In this document: positions 45,867 to 55,358 of the stretch, in pieces
How the letters are laid out: each line of letters starts with the position of its first letter
How positions within the stretch are numbered: the stretch's first letter is position 1
Origin: a virus
Taxonomy: Duplodnaviria > Caudoviricetes
IMG/VR virus record: IMGVR_UViG_3300027867_000005
Span: 506 to 64,505 of that record
Reading direction: 5' to 3' (one strand)
Length of the DNA: 64,000 bases
Notes under the pieces: generated by a model
Told to the model about the DNA's origin: nothing
Database searches by the model: none
What the model saw: only the letters and a program-made list of their open reading frames with translations
Made by a program: the position numbers and the translations under genes

Positions 45867-46238
45867 TCATAGGACGGCCTCTTTCAGCGCCCATTCAAGA
45901 GCTTTACGCACCTCTTCGTTACGCTCCGGGATTGTCTCTGGTCGCGTCATGTCAAACACCATGTACGCATTGGCATGGTCGCCACCGTAAACCCGAAATC
46001 TCATTACGATCGACGAATGGTATTCTGGAGGCACCTCTTTCTCGATGTCGGCGAGTAGTTGGCGGAAATCAGCGATAGACCATACATCGCCGTCTCTGAT
46101 TTCTAAACTTTTCAGTTCCACTTCTGCCATCCGTGGTTCACGCGGCTCTCGGCCGAAGTATTCGGCAATGCGGTCGCCGCAATATTCGAAAATCCGCCGA
46201 TCAGCTTCAGTGCAGATCGTGTTGCCCTTATCGCCCAT
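45867..46238 (-). CDS. Counter-oriented inserted gene (moron)
   Basis: Lower-GC ORF filling the gap; flanked by CATAGGA direct repeats. Confidence 0.55.
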   Translation of the reverse strand: MGDKGNTICTEADRRIFEYCGDRIAEYFGREPREPRMAEVELKSLEIRDGDVWSIADFRQLLADIEKEVPPEYHSSIVMRFRVYGGDHANAYMVFDMTRPETIPERNEEVRKALEWALKEAVL

Positions 46239-46249
46239 AGGAACCCCTC

Positions 46250-47086
46250 TTGGCTGATCCTGACATTGTACCACAGGCAGACGGCGGCGGCACGCCTGTA
46301 GCGGATGTGCCGGCGGTCGTAGAGCCGGTTGAGCCGGCAGGTGCGGTCCCGTCGCTGCTGAGCGAGGCCATGACTGCGGCTGTCCCGGCGACACCCGCTG
46401 TTGAGCCGGAACCTGCGGCAGCCGCCGTCGATGCTCCGGCGTCGCCTGAACCGACACCCTTACCGGCGGCAGAACCCGCAACCCCGGCAGCCGCCGCAGA
46501 GCCGGCCGCAGCAACGCCGCCCGCCACGCCACCAGGGCCGGCACCTGCTCTCGAGCCGATCATTTACGAGCCGTACCAACCACCGGAAGGGTTCACGCTC
46601 GACGCGGAACGCGTCGCGGCGCTCGACGGGAAGATGGCATCGGCGCGCGTTACCAACGAATTGAGGAACGAGCTCTACAGCGAGCACATCGCCGAGATGC
46701 AGCGGCTCGACAAGCATTATCGGGATGAGCAATGGCGCGTCTTCAACAATCAGCAGCGCGCCGAGCAGGAAAAGGTTCAGGCTGACCCCGAGCTATGGCG
46801 GCCGGGCCTCCAATTGCCCGATCAGCCCGCGCTCGCCGCAGCGGTGCGCATGATCGACGAATTCGTTCCGGCATCGCAGCGCGACGACTGGGATCAGATG
46901 ATGTCGGATACGGGCGTAGGTAACCGGCACATTTTCATCAAGTTTCTGACCAATCTCGCCAAAAAGTTCGATGCGCCGGCAACCCCGCTCGTCCCCGTGG
47001 CACCGCCGCGCGATATCGGTCGGGCCGCAGGCGGCGGCCGCCGCCTGCGTGATCTCTATGACAACCCGCGGTCCAAGGTCAGTTAG
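46250..47086 (+). CDS. Capsid scaffolding protein
   Basis: Pro/Ala-rich N-terminus; TGVGNRHIFIKF motif; upstream of the MCP. Confidence 0.8.
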   Translation: MADPDIVPQADGGGTPVADVPAVVEPVEPAGAVPSLLSEAMTAAVPATPAVEPEPAAAAVDAPASPEPTPLPAAEPATPAAAAEPAAATPPATPPGPAPALEPIIYEPYQPPEGFTLDAERVAALDGKMASARVTNELRNELYSEHIAEMQRLDKHYRDEQWRVFNNQQRAEQEKVQADPELWRPGLQLPDQPALAAAVRMIDEFVPASQRDDWDQMMSDTGVGNRHIFIKFLTNLAKKFDAPATPLVPVAPPRDIGRAAGGGRRLRDLYDNPRSKVS

Positions 47087-48174
47087 GTTTTCGCAAATTC
47101 ACCATGATAACGCAGGCATGCGCGCTCATAGGCGTCAGACGCTTCTTTCTTCGTCCGAAAACGACCAACGATCCGCTGCTTGCCGTCGACGACGATCTGA
47201 ACCCGGTAAAGACCTCGCGCCGCTTCAAAGCGGACGCCCTTGAGACCTAAAGCATTGTTGCTTTGCGCTCCTCTGTTTCGCGCATTTTCAGCGATTGAGG
47301 CAAGACGGAGATTGATCGCTCGGTTATCGTGTGGGTTGCCATTGATGTGGTCAACATGCTTGTCGGCTGGCGGCCATGTGCCGTGTGTCAGCAGCCACGC
47401 CAGCCGCGTTGCTTGATAGGTACAGAGTTTGTTTATCCGAATTACCCGGTAGCCGGCATTTAGGTAGCCAGCTTCGCGGCCAGCAAATTCGGCGTTCCAT
47501 GCCTCAGTTCTGTCGGGTCTGCGCCGCCACAGGAATATGCCGGTATCTGGATTGTAGTCGAGGACCGAGCGCACCAAGTCGGCGGTGTCATAGTTGACGG
47601 GGGCGCGGATCAAAGAAGTCGTTGGTTTGCATGGGCGATCGCTTTCAGGCTTTAACCGACCGAAGCCGCTATGCAACTCTACGACAGCGCGCTCATAGGC
47701 CAAGGCGGCCAATTCCGCCGTTTCGTGGCGACCCAAATCGTAATGCTTGCCGCTTACTGATATTTTGGCTCGCCACTTTTTATTCTTTTTGTCGTACGTG
47801 ACGCCCTTAAATCCGCTCGAATTATTCTTTTGGGCTCCTCTGTTCTGACCATTTTGGGAGTGATCGGCTAGCCGAAGATTAACAATCCGATTGTCACCTG
47901 GGTCGCCATTAATATGATCAATCCCACTGACTGGCCATTCACCATAATGATGTAGCCAAGCGACCCGATGCGCTAAGTATAAACGATCATTGATCCGTAC
48001 TTGCTTCGCGCCGTACTGATAACTGGTTCCGGTTTCTCTGCCGACAAATCGACTATTCCATGCTCTTAAGCGATCAGACCGAAGCCGCCAAGTAAGGCGA
48101 CCTGTTACGGGATCATAATCCAACACAGATCGAACGAAAGCGGCCGACAAATTAGCCGATACACCAACTCTCAT
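47083..48174 (-). CDS. Homing endonuclease with two tandem HNH-AP2 modules
   Basis: Each module has LDY.P.TG...DHING.P.DNR..NLRLA...N...G.KGV followed by an AP2-like segment. Confidence 0.9.
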   Translation of the reverse strand: MRVGVSANLSAAFVRSVLDYDPVTGRLTWRLRSDRLRAWNSRFVGRETGTSYQYGAKQVRINDRLYLAHRVAWLHHYGEWPVSGIDHINGDPGDNRIVNLRLADHSQNGQNRGAQKNNSSGFKGVTYDKKNKKWRAKISVSGKHYDLGRHETAELAALAYERAVVELHSGFGRLKPESDRPCKPTTSLIRAPVNYDTADLVRSVLDYNPDTGIFLWRRRPDRTEAWNAEFAGREAGYLNAGYRVIRINKLCTYQATRLAWLLTHGTWPPADKHVDHINGNPHDNRAINLRLASIAENARNRGAQSNNALGLKGVRFEAARGLYRVQIVVDGKQRIVGRFRTKKEASDAYERACLRYHGEFAKT

Positions 48175-48248
48175 GTCTACGGTCTCCTGTCCTTACGCCT
48201 GGGAGAGACTGTAGCAGCCCATTAGGCGAAAATCTAGGAGATTGTAGC

Positions 48249-49295
48249 ATGGCTACGGGCGCCTGGCCAACATTGTTAGACGTAGCCCAAAGGGAGGGTC
48301 CGGATGGCAAACAGCTATTCCTCGCGGAAATGCTGTCGCAGACCAACGAAATCCTCGACGACACGCCGTTTGTCGAGGCAAACGAAAAGACCGGGCATGA
48401 GTTCGGTTTCCGTGACAGCATCCCCGCTGGTGCATGGCGCTCGTACAACATGGGCGTCGGCTACTCGAAGTCGACCGCAGGCAAGTCGCGGGTCGGCATC
48501 GGCACGCTCGCGGCATGGAGCCAGGTCGACCGCGATCTCGCGGAAGACAGCGGCGACCCGGAAGCATTCCGCGAGAGCGAGGATATCGCCTTCATGGAGG
48601 GGCTGTCGCAGACCTGGGCGGAAGCCTTGATCTACGGCAATACGGCAGCCATACCGTCGCAGTTCATGGGGCTGGCTCCGTTCTACAACACCGCCAGCAC
48701 CGGTACGGCGAAAAACGCCGCCAATGTCATCGATGCGAAAGGCGTCGGAAGCTCCAATACGAGTTTCTGGGGCATCGGCTGGAACGAGGGCACGTTCTAT
48801 TGCGTGTTCCCGCGCGCCGGCAAAGCCGGTCTCGACATGTTCGACCGCGGCGACACGGTTCCGGCCTACGACACGCTCGGCAACCCGTTTGCGGCGTTTA
48901 CGACCGAGTTCCGCTGGCGCGGCGGCCTTGTCCCGCAGGACTGGCGAAACGGCGTCCGCATCGCCAACATCGACACGACTGCTGCGGGGTTGCAGGGGCC
49001 GAATGCGCCTGACCTGTTCTCGCTGCTGGCGCAGATGATGTATCTCTTCCCGGCGCTCGGGAAGCGCAACAGCGGCATCGGCAGCACCGATGCGCCGCGC
49101 GACCGCTCAGTTGGCGTCCGAGCCGTCATCTATGTCAACCGCACCGGCCGGCATTGGATGGACATCCAGGCCACGCGTGACCGCAACGTCCTGCTGTCGA
49201 TCGACGATTATGCGGGCAATCCGACGATGGGTTACCGCGACGTGCCGATCCGCATCGTGGACCAAATCGTCAATTCGGAAAGCCGCGTGACCTGA
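48249..49295 (+). CDS. Major capsid protein (BPP-1 Bbp17 / epsilon15 gp7-like)
   Basis: EMLSQTNEILDD, FRESED.AFMEG, DWR...RIANID; AGGAG RBS. Confidence 0.92.
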   Translation: MATGAWPTLLDVAQREGPDGKQLFLAEMLSQTNEILDDTPFVEANEKTGHEFGFRDSIPAGAWRSYNMGVGYSKSTAGKSRVGIGTLAAWSQVDRDLAEDSGDPEAFRESEDIAFMEGLSQTWAEALIYGNTAAIPSQFMGLAPFYNTASTGTAKNAANVIDAKGVGSSNTSFWGIGWNEGTFYCVFPRAGKAGLDMFDRGDTVPAYDTLGNPFAAFTTEFRWRGGLVPQDWRNGVRIANIDTTAAGLQGPNAPDLFSLLAQMMYLFPALGKRNSGIGSTDAPRDRSVGVRAVIYVNRTGRHWMDIQATRDRNVLLSIDDYAGNPTMGYRDVPIRIVDQIVNSESRVT

Positions 49296-49353
49296 TCGGC
49301 GCCTATCTCTCCCTTGCTAATCACACCGCGACAGCGCGGCTCAGGAGACCACA

Positions 49354-49902
49354 ATGCAGCTTGATGCGCTCCTCAATTTCGTTCAGCCGAACGCCATGCC
49401 GGTGTCATTGGTGGGGGCGGCTGGCGCTTCCATTTCGATCGGCGGCGTCATCGATTTGCTCGGCAGCGGTGTCGGCACGGCCCCGCAAGGCATCATCGGC
49501 AATACGACCCTATGGGGTGACGATCCCGGCATTGGGCGCGTCAAGCCCGACATTCAGATCACGATCGGCACGGCGGTCGCCACGGGCAACGGCGCGACCA
49601 CCGCATTTGCGCTGCAGTATGCGGCGGACACCGGAGCGGCGGGCGGTTATCAGCCCGGAACCTGGTACACGTCATCGCAGACGAACGCGCATGCGGCCGC
49701 AGCGCTCGCGGCGAATACCATCATCCGCATGGACCTGACGCCAGCACCGCCGGAAGTTCCGGCACCGCGCTATGTGCAGCTCATCGCGATCGTTCCGGCC
49801 GGCGAGAACAACAGCGCTGGCACCGTGTCGTTTGCGGGCCTCACGATGGTGCGCGACGATCAAACGAACCGCCAAATCCCGAACAATTTTACGGTCGCTT
49901 AG
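49354..49902 (+). CDS. Bbp16-like capsid cement protein
   Basis: MQLDALLNF, VIDL, RYVQL; directly after the MCP. Confidence 0.75.
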   Translation: MQLDALLNFVQPNAMPVSLVGAAGASISIGGVIDLLGSGVGTAPQGIIGNTTLWGDDPGIGRVKPDIQITIGTAVATGNGATTAFALQYAADTGAAGGYQPGTWYTSSQTNAHAAAALAANTIIRMDLTPAPPEVPAPRYVQLIAIVPAGENNSAGTVSFAGLTMVRDDQTNRQIPNNFTVA

Positions 49903-49954
49903 CCCTATGGGCTGGCCCAAGGGCAAGCCACGGAAACCACAAGCGGAGCGTTCA

Positions 49955-50791
49955 ATGTCAGAGGAACGGCCGGCGGAAACGCATGTCTCCCACGAAGCCG
50001 GCGAAAGCTTGCGGCTGGCTCCGCGCTATAGCGATGCGGAGTTCGATGCCCGCGTCGATGCTGCGGTCAAGGTGCAAGTCGAAAACCTGCTCCCCGAGCT
50101 TATGGCTCGGCTGGCGGCGGCGCAGGCGCAGACGGCAGCACCCGGCAGCGACAAACCGGGCGATTTCGTTTCCGCGCTCGCGCTGCAGCTTGCCGAGCTT
50201 ACGGGCCAGGGCACTGGTCGCATCTACGTGGCGCCGGAGATTGTCGAGAAACGCCGCCGGGCGCTCGGCCGCTTGCAGGAGTTGATCCTTGACCTCTGGT
50301 CGCAGAGCGATCGCGGTCGCAACAAGGAATACGTCCCGGCCTACAAGCTGATCGGCAAGGTGTACCTCAATCTCGGGATGCCATTGGGCGAGGTGCTGAT
50401 CGATCCGCTCTACCGCGACAATCAGAAACTCGTGCAGTCGACTGAGATCGATTGGCCGGGCATTCCCAATCCTCTTATGGAACCGATCAACGAGCCAGCT
50501 AAAGCTGTCTACAAGATCTTTTGCGAGTGGACCGGGATTAATGGCCCGGCTGAAGCCGATCCGTTGCAGGCACTGACGGCACAGGGTGCCGTCGTGCGCG
50601 GCAAGGCTGCGAGCGTGCTGCTGAAGGGGGGCGCGCGCAATATGGGCGCTGGAGACCAGGAGCCTACCGCGCCGGAATTCACCGAGGATGGCGATATGGT
50701 GCCGACTGCGGCGATTCGCCGTCACGATCGCGCACCGACCACCAAGGTTCAGGTGCTCGGGACGCTGACCAAGCCGGTCGAGGTCAGCTAG
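49955..50791 (+). CDS. Hypothetical head-associated protein
   Basis: GGAG RBS; WPGIPNPLMEPINEPAK motif. Confidence 0.65.
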   Translation: MSEERPAETHVSHEAGESLRLAPRYSDAEFDARVDAAVKVQVENLLPELMARLAAAQAQTAAPGSDKPGDFVSALALQLAELTGQGTGRIYVAPEIVEKRRRALGRLQELILDLWSQSDRGRNKEYVPAYKLIGKVYLNLGMPLGEVLIDPLYRDNQKLVQSTEIDWPGIPNPLMEPINEPAKAVYKIFCEWTGINGPAEADPLQALTAQGAVVRGKAASVLLKGGARNMGAGDQEPTAPEFTEDGDMVPTAAIRRHDRAPTTKVQVLGTLTKPVEVS

Positions 50792-50792
50792 T

Positions 50793-51050
50793 ATGTGTGA
50801 GCATAAGAATTTCTCAGTCGCCGCGACCGTGAACAGGCTCGAAGATACACGCCAGTTCATCATGGATGTGACGGTCAATTGCATCGATTGCGGGCTGCCA
50901 TTCCAGTTCATGGGGTTAGAGCCGGGTCTCGACCTGCAAGGCGCAAAAGTCGACCTAGATGGCACAACCGCTAGGTTGGCGATCCATCCACAGGGCGCTC
51001 GCCCATCGCCTCTGCAACGAATGGCCTTTGGCGTTTCCCGGTCTCATTAG
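50793..51050 (+). CDS. Small Zn-binding hypothetical protein
   Basis: MCEH...CIDCGLPFQF. Confidence 0.65.
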   Translation: MCEHKNFSVAATVNRLEDTRQFIMDVTVNCIDCGLPFQFMGLEPGLDLQGAKVDLDGTTARLAIHPQGARPSPLQRMAFGVSRSH

Positions 51051-51464
51051 ATGGCCATCCCTAACCCAAACGTTTCACAGACCCCGCCAGCCGGCGATCG
51101 CGCGAACGCCGTCGTCACTGGCGCGTTCAGTGCTGCGACGCAGGTCAGCGCGGTCTTTTCCCCAATGGGCGCATTCAACGTTGCGATCTGGGGAAACAGC
51201 GGCCCGAACGGAGCCTGGACCGGTTCCGTGCAGCTCGAGCGCTCGTTTGACGGCGGAACGACGTGGATCGTCTGCGGGATCGGCGGGGCGGGACAGCAGG
51301 CGATTTGGGCGACGGGCACCGACGTGTCGTTTGCCGCTGGTGAAGTCGAGTTCGGCATGTCCTACCGGCTGCATTGCACGGCGCTTTCCGCCGGCCCGAT
51401 CAATTACCGCCTCTCGGCATCAGGCCCGGCGGCGATGTCGATTTCCATTCCGACCGCGCTTTAG
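51051..51464 (+). CDS. Virion beta-sandwich protein
   Basis: GSVQLERSFDGGTTW...YRL motif. Confidence 0.7.
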   Translation: MAIPNPNVSQTPPAGDRANAVVTGAFSAATQVSAVFSPMGAFNVAIWGNSGPNGAWTGSVQLERSFDGGTTWIVCGIGGAGQQAIWATGTDVSFAAGEVEFGMSYRLHCTALSAGPINYRLSASGPAAMSISIPTAL

Positions 51465-51476
51465 GAGCACGACAAG

Positions 51477-52736
51477 ATGAAACAGTTTCGCTTGGTCGGC
51501 ACCGCAGCGCTGCTGATCGTGATGATCGGCATAGCGGCGACGCGAGCCGGCGTCTTCACGCTGTATTCGACGCTGACCAATGGCGAGATCGTCATCGATC
51601 AGGCAAATCCGACCGGCGCGCAGTTCACGTCTGGTCTTTTGCACGGCACCTCGAACGGCATCAACGCACAGACCGGGACGAGCTACACGATCGTCGGCAG
51701 TCCTGGCGCACAAACCGGCAGCCCGCTTTATACCGGCGACATGGGGGCGCTGGTCACTTTCAACAACAGCAGCCCGGTCGCCGTTACGTTGCCGCAAGCG
51801 GGCACCAGCGGGTTCGAGACGAACAAATGGTTTGATGTCGAGAATATCGGGGCCGGCGCGGTCACGATCACGCCCACCGTATCGACGATCAACGGGTCGG
51901 CCACCCTGACCATTGACCAAGGCCGCGGCACACGGATTTATTCGGACGGCACCAATTGGCAGATCATGGCCGGCGGTGTCGGGCTTGCCGGAACGCCGTT
52001 GACGGTGCCGGAGGGCGGCACCGGTGACAGCACGCTTACTGCGCATGGTGTATTGCTCGGGCAGGGCACGTCGGCGGTTACTGCTGTCGGCCCGACCACG
52101 ACGGGCATTCCGCTCATCGCCAAGGGCGCGACCTCGGACCCGGCCTACGGCACCGCTGTCGTTGGCGGCGGCGGCACTGGTGCGACAACCCTCACGTCGC
52201 ACGGTGTCCTTGTAGGCGAAGGAACGAGCGCGGTTGTCGCCACGACCGCAGGCACCGCAGGGCAATTGCTGATCGGCACCGCAAGCGACCCGGCATTTGC
52301 AACGCCCGCATCGGCACTCACCCTCCCCGGTAACCCGTCAGCGATCAGCCCCGGCACATCGACGGCACAGGCATTCGGGCTTGGCGCGAATAGCAACCCG
52401 TCAGTTCTGACGCCGGTAGCGACCGGGCGCGTCTATTACTCGATCACCTTCACCGTTCTCATCGCCAGCACCAGCAACGGTGCCACGTTCTCATGCCATC
52501 ACGGCACCGGCTCGGCACCGGCGAATGCTGCGACAACCGGGCTCGGCACCGCAGACAGCGCCGCCGTGGCCTATCTCGCCGGGGCGACCACGGAAAAAGC
52601 GGTCATCACCTGTTCCGGCATCGTGACCGGGGCGACGCTCAGCACCGCGCTGTGGTTCGATGTGATCGCCCTCAACACCACCGGTTCACAGTCGATCACC
52701 CCGACTCTCACCACCTTTACCGCGTTCGAGTTCTAA
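51477..52736 (+). CDS. Tail-fibre-like protein with an N-terminal signal peptide
   Basis: VTLP, GAGAVTI, SDGTNW, and repeated GGTG..TLT.HGVL.G.GTSAV fibre motifs. Confidence 0.7.
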   Translation: MKQFRLVGTAALLIVMIGIAATRAGVFTLYSTLTNGEIVIDQANPTGAQFTSGLLHGTSNGINAQTGTSYTIVGSPGAQTGSPLYTGDMGALVTFNNSSPVAVTLPQAGTSGFETNKWFDVENIGAGAVTITPTVSTINGSATLTIDQGRGTRIYSDGTNWQIMAGGVGLAGTPLTVPEGGTGDSTLTAHGVLLGQGTSAVTAVGPTTTGIPLIAKGATSDPAYGTAVVGGGGTGATTLTSHGVLVGEGTSAVVATTAGTAGQLLIGTASDPAFATPASALTLPGNPSAISPGTSTAQAFGLGANSNPSVLTPVATGRVYYSITFTVLIASTSNGATFSCHHGTGSAPANAATTGLGTADSAAVAYLAGATTEKAVITCSGIVTGATLSTALWFDVIALNTTGSQSITPTLTTFTAFEF

Positions 52737-52761
52737 ACCGCTCTCATCGGAGACAGGCACC

Positions 52762-54087
52762 ATGAAAATTCCGCGCTTCGGGTTCGTTGGCGCCCTCGCC
52801 GCAGCGGTGACGCTCGCCGCGGCTGCCGCCCATGCCCAGCAGCCGACGCCGATCCTCGTTCCGTCGATCGGCGCCAACGACATCATCTGCAATGATATCG
52901 TGAATGGTCAGGCGACGCCGCAGGACCATTGCATTACCGCAGCGATCCTCGGCAATTTCGCCGGCACGGTGCCGAGCGGAAACATGGACAACGCGCTGAT
53001 CGGCGGCGATTTCACGACCAATCTCTTTCAGCGCGGCACGACCGGAAGCAATGTCACCACCACCCTGACCTACGGCGCGCCTGACCGCTTTTTTGCGTGG
53101 GACGGCGGCACCGGCACGCAGGCGACCAGCACTCTCAGCCGCGACACGACTGCGGCCGATATCCCGGCCGACTACAAATACGCGGTGAAGCACCAGCGCA
53201 CTTCCGCGCAGACCGGCTTGGCCCAGCTTTGCATCGGCCAGGTTGTCGAGAGCTCCAACGCGTACCAGTTCCAGAGCCAGACCGCGGAATTCGATTTCCA
53301 CGCGGCGCCCGGCGGCAATTTCAGCGCCGCAGGCGACAATGTGACGGCATACATCATCACTGGCACCGTTGCCGATGAGGGTGCCGTCAACATGGCTTAC
53401 GGCATCAATACCGGCGGCGGCGGTTCCGGGGGCTGGACGGGGCAAGTCAATTGGGGCGTTACCGTCCCGGTCACCTCGCTCAACCGCTTCACCATCGCCG
53501 CCCCGGTACCGGCTGCGGCAGCCGAGATCGGCGTGGCTTTGTGCTGGACGCCTGTCGGCACCGCCGGGACCAATGATTACGTCGCCTACAGCGGGCTGCA
53601 GTTGACGCGCAACAGCGCCTTGACGCCGCTTGTGGCAAGCAATGCCAGCGGCACCGCGACCCTGCTCAACAGCTATCAGCAGCCGGCCGCAAGGTCTTTC
53701 GCGCGCCGTTCCCAGGCCGTCGAAATCGCGTTGCAGCAGCGCTACTACTACGAGGTGGACGAGGTCGCGTCATCCACTGCGGCACTGCCGGGCATATGCG
53801 AAGCGCAAAGCACGACCGTGGCGGTTTGCAGCATCCCGCTCAAGGTCTCGATGCGTGCGGCACCCACCGTTGCCTGTACCTTCGGCACGCTGAAACGCCA
53901 GGTCGCGGGTACGGATACGGCCCTCACCGCCTGCGCTGCGGCAGCCACCACAAACGGCGTTTCCACGCCCGAGACGGTATTCATTACCGCAACGGTCGCG
54001 AGCGGCGATACGGCGGGTCTTGCCGGCGTGTTGATGAGCGGCAATTCCACCGGTGGCGGAAAGATCACGGCCAGCGCCGAGGAATAG
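52762..54087 (+). CDS. Tail-fibre/receptor-binding-like protein with a signal peptide
   Basis: N.LIGGDF...FQRG...PDRF, EIALQQRYY and MRAAPTV motifs; AHA|Q cleavage site. Confidence 0.7.
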   Translation: MKIPRFGFVGALAAAVTLAAAAAHAQQPTPILVPSIGANDIICNDIVNGQATPQDHCITAAILGNFAGTVPSGNMDNALIGGDFTTNLFQRGTTGSNVTTTLTYGAPDRFFAWDGGTGTQATSTLSRDTTAADIPADYKYAVKHQRTSAQTGLAQLCIGQVVESSNAYQFQSQTAEFDFHAAPGGNFSAAGDNVTAYIITGTVADEGAVNMAYGINTGGGGSGGWTGQVNWGVTVPVTSLNRFTIAAPVPAAAAEIGVALCWTPVGTAGTNDYVAYSGLQLTRNSALTPLVASNASGTATLLNSYQQPAARSFARRSQAVEIALQQRYYYEVDEVASSTAALPGICEAQSTTVAVCSIPLKVSMRAAPTVACTFGTLKRQVAGTDTALTACAAAATTNGVSTPETVFITATVASGDTAGLAGVLMSGNSTGGGKITASAEE

Positions 54088-54091
54088 CCGA

Positions 54092-54295
54092 ATGCCGTGG
54101 ACGGCGAAGCAATTCGCCACCCGCCACAACAAGAAGCTGAAGGGCGCGGCGGCCGAGGCTGCCGCACGCCAAGCGACTGCGATGGTCAAGGCCGGCGTTC
54201 CCGAGGGCATCAGCATCGCGACGGCGAATAAGCACGCAGACAAGATGAGGCGCCGTCGCGCTCTCTACGACCACCCGAGCAGCAAGCGTGGCTGA
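54092..54295 (+). CDS. Small basic protein ending RRRRALYDHPSSKRG
   Basis: GAGG RBS; MPWT...EGISIATAN is ChaB-like. Confidence 0.7.
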   Translation: MPWTAKQFATRHNKKLKGAAAEAAARQATAMVKAGVPEGISIATANKHADKMRRRRALYDHPSSKRG

Positions 54296-54494
54296 AAAAG
54301 TCTCGAAGCACAGCGTAGGCTACGAGCGCCCGGCTCAGGGGCCGCACCACTGCGCCCAATGTGGGCATTTCCAGCGCCCGCGCGGCTGCGAGATCGTCGC
54401 AGGCATTATCCGTCCGGAAGACTGGTGTCGACGTTTCAAGCGGAAGAGCGCGAATGCCGTCTCCCACCATGATCGACGTAGCGCAACGGAGTAG
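54288..54494 (+). CDS. HiPIP-like iron-sulfur protein
   Basis: K..VGY...CAQCGHF....CEIVAGII...DWC..F is the HiPIP pattern. Confidence 0.75.
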   Translation: MAEKVSKHSVGYERPAQGPHHCAQCGHFQRPRGCEIVAGIIRPEDWCRRFKRKSANAVSHHDRRSATE

Positions 54495-54498
54495 GCCC

Positions 54499-54774
54499 GT
54501 GGCGAAATTCTGGACACCGAAGGGCAGCGTCAGCACGGCCGGGCGGCGTGAGGCCGAAAACAAAGGCCAGACTATGCGCGGAGGTTCATTCCCGATACGA
54601 AATGCCGCCGATCTTGCGCGGGCCAAGCATGATGTTGGTAGGGCGAAAGACCCGGCCGCCGCTCGCCGATGGATCAACAGGCGCGCTAAAGAACTCGGCG
54701 AACCCAGCCTTGGTCAGAGCAAGGAGAAGCGCCGGCGCACCCTCTACGATCATCCCTCGTCAAAGCGCTCGTAG
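54499..54774 (+). CDS. Small basic protein ending RRRTLYDHPSSKRS
   Basis: GSFPIRNAADL..A...GRAKD...RRWINRRAKELG. Confidence 0.7.
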   Translation: MAKFWTPKGSVSTAGRREAENKGQTMRGGSFPIRNAADLARAKHDVGRAKDPAAARRWINRRAKELGEPSLGQSKEKRRRTLYDHPSSKRS

Positions 54775-54780
54775 GAAATT

Positions 54781-54917
54781 GCTGCGGGCCGGGCGCTACT
54801 CCGGCGGCGTCTCGGGCGTTGGCCCAGTTTGGGGCCGCTTCTTAAGCTGCACCCCTCGCTCGTATCGCTTTCTGATAATCCAGAGCTTCCTAGCGCGATG
54901 TCTCGCGCCGCCACAGC
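54781..54917 (-). ncRNA. tRNA-shaped non-coding element A
   Basis: 7-bp closing stem GCTGTGG/CCGCAGC, hairpin GCGCGA/TCGCGC, T-arm-like GCCGG-AGTAGCGC-CCGGC; homologous to 60848-61013. Confidence 0.65.
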
Positions 54918-54933
54918 GTAACGAGGATACCAC

Positions 54934-55344
54934 ATGGCTGAGACTGAGAAAAAGCCCGAACGCAAGAGCCGCCGGGAAGCGATGTACGACCATGAGGACA
55001 GCAAGAAGCGGCGCGAGGCCAGCGCCCAGCCGAAGCGGGCGGCATCTGGCGGCGACGGCGAGGGTGTCGGCAAGATGACCGGTACGGAGCGGTCCCATGC
55101 CGAAATGCTGATGCGCCACCGCAACGAACGCCGAGCCATGCATGGCCGTCACCGGGCCGAGCATGATGCGATCGACAAAGAAGAAGGGCCGAAGGCTCAC
55201 AAGAAGATCGCCGCGCATCATCGCCACCGTGTCGAGATGGACCAGATGCATGGCAACCACGAGAACGAACTGATGGCGGCCGAGCAGGCCCAGCCCGGCA
55301 GCGCCACAGCGCCCGAGGCCGTTCCTACAGCGGCAGCGGCGTAA
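54934..55344 (+). CDS. His/charge-rich protein carrying RREAMYDHEDSK
   Basis: GAGG RBS; repeated RH..E units. Confidence 0.7.
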   Translation: MAETEKKPERKSRREAMYDHEDSKKRREASAQPKRAASGGDGEGVGKMTGTERSHAEMLMRHRNERRAMHGRHRAEHDAIDKEEGPKAHKKIAAHHRHRVEMDQMHGNHENELMAAEQAQPGSATAPEAVPTAAAA

Positions 55345-55358
55345 AGGAGCGCAAGGAC

